DNA of 50,131 bases from Bacteroidales bacterium UBA2287. Lineage in GTDB: Bacteria > Bacteroidota > Bacteroidia > Bacteroidales > Tenuifilaceae. Under the pieces are notes generated by a model. That model was not told where the DNA came from and made no database searches. It saw nothing but the letters and a program-made list of their open reading frames with translations. This document shows positions 27,346 through 35,478 of the stretch, piece by piece. The number at the start of each line of letters is the position of its first letter. Within the stretch, counting starts at the first letter, position 1. The stretch spans positions 1-50,131 of the forward strand of contig DDWL01000030.1 in NCBI GenBank assembly GCA_002345675.1, written 5' to 3'. A program made the translations under genes and the position numbers.

Positions 27346-27729
27346 ATGGAAACCATAAAGATCCTGGGTACCGACGACACCCCAACTGTAATATTGGATG
27401 CTGAGAACGAAATTTTTGAGATTTCCGGTCGCTCATTGCCCGAAGATGTTACAGCCTTTTACGATCCAATTCTTAATTGGCTCGACGAGTATGCAGGGAG
27501 CCCAAACGCAAAAACAGCATTTACATTCAAACTAGTATACTTTAATACAGCTAGTTCCAAGTTACTTCTCGATATTTTAATGAAACTTGAGCAAATGCAC
27601 GAGGACGGAAAAGATGTGCTTGTCCGTTGGTTTTACCCCGAAGATGATGAGGATATGCAGGAAGCTGGGGAAGAGTACGCCGACATTGTTGATGTTCCCT
27701 TTGAGCAAATAAGCTACACCCTTAGTTAG
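27346..27729 (+). CDS. DUF1987/SiaC-like small regulatory (phospho)protein
   Basis: 127 aa. 'FEISGRSLPEDVTAFYDPILNWL' and 'YFNTASS' resemble the SiaC family (recalled from memory, not searched). Confidence 0.6.
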   Translation: METIKILGTDDTPTVILDAENEIFEISGRSLPEDVTAFYDPILNWLDEYAGSPNAKTAFTFKLVYFNTASSKLLLDILMKLEQMHEDGKDVLVRWFYPEDDEDMQEAGEEYADIVDVPFEQISYTLS

Positions 27730-27762
27730 TCACAAAAAATGCACGGTCGATACTGTTAAGCT

Positions 27763-30700
27763 ATGAGTGAAGAAATTCTCAAAGCTTTAATGCAACTCTT
27801 TGCAATTATTGCAAAGCAGGACGAGGGAGTTGAATCCAACGAGCGCAACTACGTTGTGACCTTTCTTAAGCAACAGATTAACGATGAGGCCGTTGAAGAT
27901 TACATAAAGCTTTTCGACCAGCACGCAGGACTTCTCGACGAGAAGGAAGATGAAGATGAGGCAGAAGAGGGAAAACCAAAAAAGGTAAAACTCACATCGG
28001 TTAAGGACTCCGTAAAAATCCTTGGAATTTGTAAAAAGATTAACAAAACTCTTACCCAGCGACAAAAAGTAGTTGTACTGGTTAGGCTTTTCGAACTTGT
28101 TAATGCCGACCGCAAGTTCACAGACCAACGCATGGCCATTATTAATACCGTGTCGGAGGTTTTTAAGTTAACAAAGGAAGAATTTTCCGATATTGAGAAC
28201 TTTGTAATTGTTGAAACCGCTGAAGAGTTAGACTACTCGAGTATTCTTACTATTCACGCAAAACCCGAGCGTGGCGAACACTGCAAGCACATTCATACCG
28301 AAGCGCTAAGCGGCTACATTTATATTCTACAAATTAAAAGTGTCGACCTCTACTTTCTTCGCTATACTGGAACAGAGGATATTTTCCTTAATGGACTACC
28401 CATTAACAACAAGCGCATTTACCTTTACGCCAGCGGGAGTTCCATTAAGCTATCGAAAGGAAAACCCGTTTACTATACCGACGTTGTTGCGCATTACCTT
28501 GCCGACTCCACCGCCACTCGAATATCGTACAGCGTTGAAAAGCTAGGCTTTAAGTTTAAAACTGGGGGCATTGGCCTTCGCGACATCTCGTTTAAAGAAG
28601 AGCACGGAAAACTCATTGGCATTATGGGTGCCAGCGGAGCTGGAAAAACCACTCTACTAAACGTACTGGCTGGCATTGAAAATCCCACCTCGGGTCGCGT
28701 ACTAATTAACGGCATCGATCTTCATAATGAAAAGGATAAACTCGAAGGAGTAATTGGGGTTATACCTCAGGACGATCTTTTAATTGAAGAACTTACTGTT
28801 TTCCAGAACCTATACTACAACGCAAAGCTTTGCTTTAAGGATAAAAGCGAAGAGGAGCTTACCGAACTGGTCGATAAAACCCTTTTCAACTTAGGCCTAC
28901 TCGAAAGAAAAAACCTGAAGGTTGGCTCACCTATGAACAAAATGATTTCGGGTGGTCAACGAAAGCGTTTAAATATTGCCCTTGAGTTAATTCGCGAGCC
29001 TTCAATTCTTTTTGTCGACGAGCCTACATCGGGCCTTTCGTCGCGCGACTCGGAGAACGTAATGGACCTTTTGCGCGAGCTTACCCTAAAGGGTAAACTT
29101 ATTTTTGTAGTAATTCACCAGCCATCGTCGGAAATATATAAAATGTTCGACAATATGGCAATTCTCGACACTGGGGGATACCTTATATACTACGGAAACC
29201 CAGTTGAGGCTGTGATGTATTTTAAGCGGATTGACATGCAAATTAACAGCGACGTTGGTGAATGCCCAACCTGCGGAAATGTTAATCCCGAGCTTATATT
29301 CAACATTATAGAAGCAAAGGTTGTCGACGAATTTGGTCGTTACACACCAATACGTAAGGTATCACCGCCAAAGTGGGAAGACCATTTTCGTGAGAATATA
29401 AAACTTCGCGAAGTTGAAGACGAATCAGTTGCACCTCCCCAATCGCTCAACATTCCATCGAAACTAAAGCAATTTGTTATATATACAACCCGCGATTTTC
29501 TGTCGAAAATTAGCAACACCCAGTATATTGTACTTAACCTACTCGAAACACCAATTCTAGCTTTTGTTTTAGCCTTTGTAATACGCTATATCGCCGATCC
29601 AAACTCCAGTGTATATATTTTCAGCGAAAATGAGAATATACCCATTTACATTTTCATGTCGCTTATTGTAGCACTATTTATAGGACTTACAGTTAGTGCC
29701 GAAGAAATTTTTAGGGATAGAAAAATACTTAAACGCGAAGCGTTTCTTAACCTAAGCCGCACCTCGTACCTCTCGAGTAAAATTATTATATTAGTTACCC
29801 TTTCGGCAATTCAGTCAATAGCTTTCGTACTTATAGCTAACAGTATTCTCGAAATTAGGGGCATGTATCTCGAGTACTGGCTAATAATATTCTCGACTTC
29901 AGTTTTTGCAAATCTTCTTGGATTAAACATATCGGCAACATTTAACTCGGCAGTTACCATATATATTGTTATTCCTCTGCTAATGATTCCAATGATGGTA
30001 CTTTCGGGAGCCATGTTTAGCTTCGACAAGCTAAATAGAGCAGTAGGTAGCTTTAACAAAGTTCCGCTTATTGCCGAATTTATGGTTACTAAATGGGGAT
30101 ACGAAGGGTTGGTGGTTCATCAATTTAAAGACAATGCCTTCCATAGAACTTTTTACGAGATTGAAAAGGAAGAGCGAAATGCTAGCTACAAAACTATTTA
30201 CTACATTCTCGAACTCGAAAAGAGGTTAAATTCATCAATTGAACTTCTTGAACAAAAAAGCGACAAAAAGGCCAAAGATAAACTAAACGACAACCTTGCA
30301 GTAATAAGGAAAGCTCTCTTTACCGAAACCAATTTTATGGCTCCTGGCATACCGTACAGTTTTTTTAATAACTTAAACGAAATTGACTTTAACGAAAAAG
30401 TAGCCTATGCTACAATAGATTATTTAGACGATTTAAAGAGCCATTACCAAAAAATATATCTATCGGCTAATCAAAAAACCGATAGAATTAAAAACCACTT
30501 AATTAGCAAAGACCCACAGGCATACGAAGCAAGGCGAAGAGCATACCACAACGAGAGCATTGCCGATTTGGCAATGAAAACTATTGAAAAGAATAAAATT
30601 CTCCAGTATAAAGACGAACTTGTTCAACAGTACGACCCTATTTATCGCGACCCATTACCTGGGCACAAACTCGACTTTAGGTCTCACTTTCTTGCTCCCC

Positions 30701-30858
30701 GCAAGCACTTTTTGGGATTTTACTTCGACACATTTTGGTTTAATCTTTGCTTTATTTGGTTCATGACCCTCGTTCTTTACATTACGCTTTATTTTGAGTC
30801 GATAAAGTGGGTTCTTGAACTTTTTGCAAAAATTCGACTGCCCAAATTTCGTAAGTAA
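27763..30858 (+). CDS. ABCG/ABC-2-type transporter (fused ATPase and permease) with a ~270-aa N-terminal cytoplasmic extension
   Basis: Walker A 'GIMGASGAGKTT', signature 'SGGQRKRL', Walker B 'ILFVDEPTSGL', and a six-TM ABC-2 domain. The N-terminus has two helical repeats and a beta-rich segment 'EDIFLNGLPINNKRIYLYASGSSIKL' that may be FHA-like. Confidence 0.8.
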   Translation: MSEEILKALMQLFAIIAKQDEGVESNERNYVVTFLKQQINDEAVEDYIKLFDQHAGLLDEKEDEDEAEEGKPKKVKLTSVKDSVKILGICKKINKTLTQRQKVVVLVRLFELVNADRKFTDQRMAIINTVSEVFKLTKEEFSDIENFVIVETAEELDYSSILTIHAKPERGEHCKHIHTEALSGYIYILQIKSVDLYFLRYTGTEDIFLNGLPINNKRIYLYASGSSIKLSKGKPVYYTDVVAHYLADSTATRISYSVEKLGFKFKTGGIGLRDISFKEEHGKLIGIMGASGAGKTTLLNVLAGIENPTSGRVLINGIDLHNEKDKLEGVIGVIPQDDLLIEELTVFQNLYYNAKLCFKDKSEEELTELVDKTLFNLGLLERKNLKVGSPMNKMISGGQRKRLNIALELIREPSILFVDEPTSGLSSRDSENVMDLLRELTLKGKLIFVVIHQPSSEIYKMFDNMAILDTGGYLIYYGNPVEAVMYFKRIDMQINSDVGECPTCGNVNPELIFNIIEAKVVDEFGRYTPIRKVSPPKWEDHFRENIKLREVEDESVAPPQSLNIPSKLKQFVIYTTRDFLSKISNTQYIVLNLLETPILAFVLAFVIRYIADPNSSVYIFSENENIPIYIFMSLIVALFIGLTVSAEEIFRDRKILKREAFLNLSRTSYLSSKIIILVTLSAIQSIAFVLIANSILEIRGMYLEYWLIIFSTSVFANLLGLNISATFNSAVTIYIVIPLLMIPMMVLSGAMFSFDKLNRAVGSFNKVPLIAEFMVTKWGYEGLVVHQFKDNAFHRTFYEIEKEERNASYKTIYYILELEKRLNSSIELLEQKSDKKAKDKLNDNLAVIRKALFTETNFMAPGIPYSFFNNLNEIDFNEKVAYATIDYLDDLKSHYQKIYLSANQKTDRIKNHLISKDPQAYEARRRAYHNESIADLAMKTIEKNKILQYKDELVQQYDPIYRDPLPGHKLDFRSHFLAPRKHFLGFYFDTFWFNLCFIWFMTLVLYITLYFESIKWVLELFAKIRLPKFRK

Positions 30859-30894
30859 AAAAATTGTTTTATTTTTACTTTTCAGTAAAAACCA

Positions 30895-31833
30895 TTGAAA
30901 CGGAAAAACCACATCGTTATGATTCGATACATAATTTTAATTTGTATAGGTTCGATTGCTCTAAGTTCCTGTAACAGGTGCAGTTCAGAAAAAACTGATT
31001 CTTGGAACGATATTCCACAGGAAGTTATTGATGGCAATAATTTTGAAGACATTGTTGTTCCCGTTGACGTTATAAATCAAATGGTAAACGTTTCGTCGCC
31101 CGTTGAAACGGCTGCGCTAATAAAAGGCCTAAAAATTCCCTTTAATCGCGACTACCTTGCCGATACAAAATTCACTAATAGCTACAGCACCAGCTTTAAA
31201 AAGGCTTTAGGGCTTGGGGTTTTTGGTGCCGATATGGGTTACCTAAACATGTACGAGAAACCTACTCTGGTTATCGACTACCTCTCGAGTGTTAACTCCT
31301 TAGCCGATGGCCTTCAGGTTGGCCAATTTTTCGACTTTAAAACCCTAAAGCGAATTGCAACAAACAAGGAGAATTTAGACTCGTTAATGGTTATTTCGCA
31401 GCAAAGTTTTAACAAAATCGATAACTATTTAAAGCAAACTAACAGGGGTAGTTTAAGCGTTGTAATTATTGCTGGGGTTTGGTTAGAAGGCTTTTATCTT
31501 TCAACCCGTGTTTATCAGGACTCAAGACACTCACGCATTCGCGAAACTATTGGCGAACAGAAAATTGTAATGAGCAATTTAATGGTTCTTCTCGAAATAT
31601 TTAAAAAAGATTCAAATATTGCGGCTCTTATTAAAGACTTTAATGAAATAAAAGTTTTGTTTAATGATGTAGTGATTACTGTTGTAATGGGCGAAGAACC
31701 TATACCCATTGTTAAAAATGGCGTTGTTACGTTTATTCAAAGCGACAAGCAAACAGTTGAAATGTCGGACGAAACTCTTGGCGCAATTATTGAGAAGGTA
31801 CAGAGTATACGTAAAAAAATTGTAGAAGGCTAA
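30895..31833 (+). CDS. Hypothetical lipoprotein
   Basis: Lipobox 'ALSSC'. Last-but-one gene of the operon. Confidence 0.45.
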   Translation: MKRKNHIVMIRYIILICIGSIALSSCNRCSSEKTDSWNDIPQEVIDGNNFEDIVVPVDVINQMVNVSSPVETAALIKGLKIPFNRDYLADTKFTNSYSTSFKKALGLGVFGADMGYLNMYEKPTLVIDYLSSVNSLADGLQVGQFFDFKTLKRIATNKENLDSLMVISQQSFNKIDNYLKQTNRGSLSVVIIAGVWLEGFYLSTRVYQDSRHSRIRETIGEQKIVMSNLMVLLEIFKKDSNIAALIKDFNEIKVLFNDVVITVVMGEEPIPIVKNGVVTFIQSDKQTVEMSDETLGAIIEKVQSIRKKIVEG

Positions 31834-31852
31834 CCGAGAAACTCATTGAATT

Positions 31853-32299
31853 ATGAAAAATATTGCACTTTTCTTTTTATTAACAGCAGGCATTTTTGGT
31901 TACTCCACTGTAGCCTACAGCCAATCGGAAGATGAACTTGTTGAGATTTGCGGAATGATTGCTGGAGAAGCTACCTTTTTGAAGGACTTTAAAATTCGGC
32001 TCGACTCGGGTGATCCTCCCCCAATTCAACGTTTCTCGGTAATTCTTAAAAAAGGCATTAAGTACCGTTTCTCGGTTTGTAACTCAAAAGATCAGGATGG
32101 AAAAGTTGTACTTCAACTTTTAGATAATAACCGATTATTAGCCACCACACATATAGTTGCAACTGGCAAAGACTGGCCTTTTATTGACTATGTTTGCACA
32201 AAAACTGGAGCATATCACCTTTTCTTCAGCTTTAAAGATGGTAAATCGGGCTTAGCTGTTGGTCTACTATCGCTTGTTGAAGCAGAAGGCGGAAGTTAA
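31853..32299 (+). CDS. Hypothetical secreted protein
   Basis: Signal peptide 'MKNIALFFLLTAGIFGYSTVAYS'. Last gene before the terminator. Confidence 0.45.
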   Translation: MKNIALFFLLTAGIFGYSTVAYSQSEDELVEICGMIAGEATFLKDFKIRLDSGDPPPIQRFSVILKKGIKYRFSVCNSKDQDGKVVLQLLDNNRLLATTHIVATGKDWPFIDYVCTKTGAYHLFFSFKDGKSGLAVGLLSLVEAEGGS

Positions 32300-32320
32300 A
32301 CTGGCAAAACGCACAAAAGT

Positions 32321-32350
32321 AAAGGGGAGCAAAGTGCTCCCCCTTTTTAT
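32321..32350. terminator. Bidirectional rho-independent terminator
   Basis: AAAGGGGAGCA-AAG-TGCTCCCCCTTTTT, between convergent genes. Confidence 0.65.
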
Positions 32351-32365
32351 TTATAACAGATGCAA

Positions 32366-33349
32366 TTACTTGCTCTCAATCTCGGCAACAAGCTTTTTAA
32401 CTTTATTCCAGCGGTCACCATCCATTTTAGGGCCAAGCACTTCGATAACATTGCCCGAAAGGACTGCTCCAATTTGGCCACATTTGTCGAGTGGGAGGTT
32501 TTTAATTAACCCATAAATGAAGCCCGAAGCATAAAGATCGCCAGCACCAGTTGTATCGATACAGTTTACTTTAATTACGCCAACCTTAACCTCTTCCTTC
32601 CCTCGCTTAATTAAGGAACCTTCGGAACCCAATTTAACAACTGCTATATCGACCAAACCACCAATAATGTGCAACGACTCTTCGGGGCTTTTACCTGTAA
32701 AGGCCTTTGCTTCCTCCTCGTTTGCAAAAACTATTGAAACATACTTTTCGATCATTTCATTTAAAAATTCGCGACTAGCCTCAACCACATTATAGCTTGC
32801 CATGTCGAGCGATATTTTTAAGCCCTTGGCATAAGCCATTTCAATGGCCTTACGAATTAGACCTTGGTTTTGCACTAAATAACCCTCGATGTGAAAGTAG
32901 CTGAAACCATCGAACATCTCGGGGCGTATATCATCGGGAGTCATTTCAATGGCTGCGCCAAGGTAAACGGCAAAAGTACGCTCCGAATCGGGAGTAACTA
33001 ATGCTAAAGCCCTACCCGATTCGGCTTTACCTTTAAGCATTATTGGGTTAATTCCATTGTTTTGCTGATCTGTTTCAAATGCATCTCCATAGGGATCGGT
33101 ACCAATTTTTCCGATAAAAGAAGTTTGAATACCAAGGTTTGCCAATCCGTTAATAGTATTGGCAGCGCTTCCCCCTGCAGCTAAGGTTTGGGGAATATCT
33201 CTTGTAAAAGCTAAAGCTTTTTGCATAAAAACCTCGTCGACAAGCTGCATGCTTCCTTTTGGCAATGCCAAATGAGCAAGAACTGATTCGTCGGGGAGGC
33301 TGGTCATAATATCAACAAGGGCATTGCCCAAACCTAAAACCTTTTCCAT
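32366..33349 (-). CDS. PfkB-family carbohydrate/nucleoside kinase (adenosine-kinase-like)
   Basis: N-terminal 'LGLGNALVDI' and the C-terminal PfkB signature 'DTTGAGDLYASGF'. Confidence 0.8.
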   Translation of the reverse strand: MEKVLGLGNALVDIMTSLPDESVLAHLALPKGSMQLVDEVFMQKALAFTRDIPQTLAAGGSAANTINGLANLGIQTSFIGKIGTDPYGDAFETDQQNNGINPIMLKGKAESGRALALVTPDSERTFAVYLGAAIEMTPDDIRPEMFDGFSYFHIEGYLVQNQGLIRKAIEMAYAKGLKISLDMASYNVVEASREFLNEMIEKYVSIVFANEEEAKAFTGKSPEESLHIIGGLVDIAVVKLGSEGSLIKRGKEEVKVGVIKVNCIDTTGAGDLYASGFIYGLIKNLPLDKCGQIGAVLSGNVIEVLGPKMDGDRWNKVKKLVAEIESK

Positions 33350-33428
33350 ATTTTCAGTAATTTGATTGACAAATAAGAGCGAAGTTACTTTGGCGAAAAT
33401 GAATAAAACAGGTTAAAACTACTATAAA

Positions 33429-33459
33429 AGAAAAAGCCCCGATGATTTACCGGGGCTTT
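33429..33459 (-). terminator. Terminator downstream of tRNA-Asn
   Basis: GCCCCG-loop-CGGGGC, with a T-run on the - strand. Confidence 0.6.
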
Positions 33460-33460
33460 G

Positions 33461-33534
33461 CTCCTCTTCTAGGACTTGAACCTAGGACCCCATGATTAAC
33501 AGTCATGTGCTCTAACCAACTGAGCTAAAGAGGA
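33461..33534 (-). tRNA. tRNA-Asn (anticodon GTT)
   Basis: The reverse complement folds as a cloverleaf with acceptor TCCTCTT/AAGAGGA, D-arm GCTC-AGTTGGTTA-GAGC, anticodon loop CTGTTAA, T-arm CTAGG-TTCAAGT-CCTAG and discriminator G. CCA is not encoded. Confidence 0.85.
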
Positions 33535-33628
33535 GTGTTGGCGATTCTTTCGCGGTGCAAATGTAATATAAATAATCCTTTTTTACCAAATTATTTTTAA
33601 TGTTTTTTTTAAGGAAAGTGCTATGGCA

Positions 33629-34576
33629 CTACGAAACAACTTGATTCTGAGGACAACCATTAATCCAATCTCGTATATTTTTAAGCACAATTTCGGTTCT
33701 TCGGTCAATGGCTTCGGTTGTTGCGTATGCAATATGGGGCAATAAAACAACATTGGGCGCTGAAAGCAACGGGTGATTTGGTTGAATTGGGGGCTCGTAT
33801 TCGTAAATGTCGACCGCTGCGCCACCAATGGAATTACTTTTTAACGCCTGAGCCAATGCTGCATAATCGACAACTGACCCGCGAGCTGTATTTACAAGAA
33901 TTGCATTTGCCTTCATTAGTTCAATTAGTTCGGCATTTACAAGACCTATGGTTTGAGGATTAGAGGGAATATGAAGCGAAATAATATCGGCAGTATTAAA
34001 TAGAGTGTGAAGCGAAACCATTTCGACATTTTTGATTGCTTTTGCTGTTCGACTATGTGCAATAACTTTACAGCCAAAGGCTGAAGCAAGTTCGGCAACT
34101 CGCTGCCCTATTGCCCCTAAGCCAACAATTCCGAAAACCTTTCCATTTAGTTCTCCTCCTAGAAACCCGTTTCGTGTTTTACCACTAATTGTAGCATCAT
34201 GAAGCGGCACAATTCTTCGTAACACATTAATTGACATTGCAATAGCAAGTTCGGCAACTGCACTTGTACTGTAACCTGCCGCATTACATATGGTAATTTT
34301 ACGCAGTTTACAGTAATCGAGGGGTAAATGATCGACCCCAGTGAATGCAACCGAAATCATTTTTAACTTTTTACATAATTCAATTGTGCGGACCTCAACG
34401 GGATAGTTGCTAATTACCGTTATTTCGGCATTGGAAATACGAGTTAGCAATTCCGCTTGACTTTCAATAGGAGAATTAAAGAATTCAACTGCATGTCCAA
34501 GAGCCTTCATTTCGGTTGAAAACCGAAGCTTTTCTTGTTCGCTAATTCCAATAGGTTCGGCAAATACAATGTTCAT
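33629..34576 (-). CDS. D-isomer-specific 2-hydroxyacid dehydrogenase family protein
   Basis: NAD Rossmann motif 'GIVGLGAIGQRVAELASAFGCKV', the catalytic His region 'LLPHIAYATTEA', and the conserved Arg/Glu. Confidence 0.85.
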   Translation of the reverse strand: MNIVFAEPIGISEQEKLRFSTEMKALGHAVEFFNSPIESQAELLTRISNAEITVISNYPVEVRTIELCKKLKMISVAFTGVDHLPLDYCKLRKITICNAAGYSTSAVAELAIAMSINVLRRIVPLHDATISGKTRNGFLGGELNGKVFGIVGLGAIGQRVAELASAFGCKVIAHSRTAKAIKNVEMVSLHTLFNTADIISLHIPSNPQTIGLVNAELIELMKANAILVNTARGSVVDYAALAQALKSNSIGGAAVDIYEYEPPIQPNHPLLSAPNVVLLPHIAYATTEAIDRRTEIVLKNIRDWINGCPQNQVVS

Positions 34577-34740
34577 ATAATACGACGTAAGTTTAACACA
34601 GAGATTCTATGTTTTGCATTTTACAAAATAAACGTTTTTATAGGATTCGAATTAACTATAATGACGCTAATTTTTATCAAATAGCACAACCTGTCCCGAT
34701 TAAAACGGGTTTGGTTGAACTTTCTAAAAAGAAAGATTAA

Positions 34741-34838
34741 CCACAAAGACCACAGAGGAAAAACAAAGAACCACAAAGTTAATATTGTAATATACCGTGC
34801 TTTGTGGTCTTTGAGAAAAACTTTGTGCCCTTTGTGGT
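34741..34838. repeat. ~100-bp MITE-like palindromic element with CCACAAAG/CTTTGTGG arms
   Basis: Left arm CCACAAAGACCACAGAGGAAAAACAAAGAACCACAAAG; right arm CTTTGTGGTCTTTGAGAAAAACTTTGTGCCCTTTGTGG. A paralogous copy lies at 37698-37783. Confidence 0.45.
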
Positions 34839-34934
34839 TTGGCTTTTAATCTTTTTAAACAGCCTCATCTATAATGAAATGTATTTGTTCTCACTCTTCA
34901 ATGATATTCCTCATATGGAACTGACGTTCTAAGT

Positions 34935-35459
34935 TTATTTTATGTAGTGAGTAGTAAACCGCCAAGGTTTCGAAGCCCACTCAGCACCTGCATAATCGAC
35001 TCCAATTCGAGGGTTTGTTTCAATTATTGGAGACAATCCAGTTTCTTCGACCCATATTCTTGACGAAGCGGAAAGGTCTTCACCATAAAAAGATTTATCG
35101 ATACCGAGAAGCCGGGTAAGTTTTCCAGGACCATTACAACCCTTTAACCCACGGATTAAAACTGCTTGGGGGTCGTTTTTTTGCCCTGTAACAAAATTTA
35201 GCATCCAGTACATGCCGTATATTAGGTAAACGTAAATATGACCTCCCTCGCCAAACATAACCTCCGTTCTGGGCGTGCGACCTTTGCTTGCATGGCAAGC
35301 CAAATCGTCGGTGCCACGGTAGGCTTCAACCTCGGTAATTATATAACTTTCGACAAAGCCTGTGTTGCCTCGCCGGCAAAGATTTTTCCCAATAAGTTCG
35401 GGAGCAACAATTAGCACGTCGCGAGAAAAGAAATCGGTTCCAATTCGAGCAATAGCCAT
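34935..35459 (-). CDS. mpg: DNA-3-methyladenine glycosylase (Mpg/AAG family)
   Basis: 'FFSRDVLIVAPELIGKNL...IYVYLIYGMYWMLNFV' is typical of the PF02245 family. Confidence 0.8.
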   Translation of the reverse strand: MAIARIGTDFFSRDVLIVAPELIGKNLCRRGNTGFVESYIITEVEAYRGTDDLACHASKGRTPRTEVMFGEGGHIYVYLIYGMYWMLNFVTGQKNDPQAVLIRGLKGCNGPGKLTRLLGIDKSFYGEDLSASSRIWVEETGLSPIIETNPRIGVDYAGAEWASKPWRFTTHYIK

Positions 35460-35478
35460 TGAAAATTGACCTTATACT

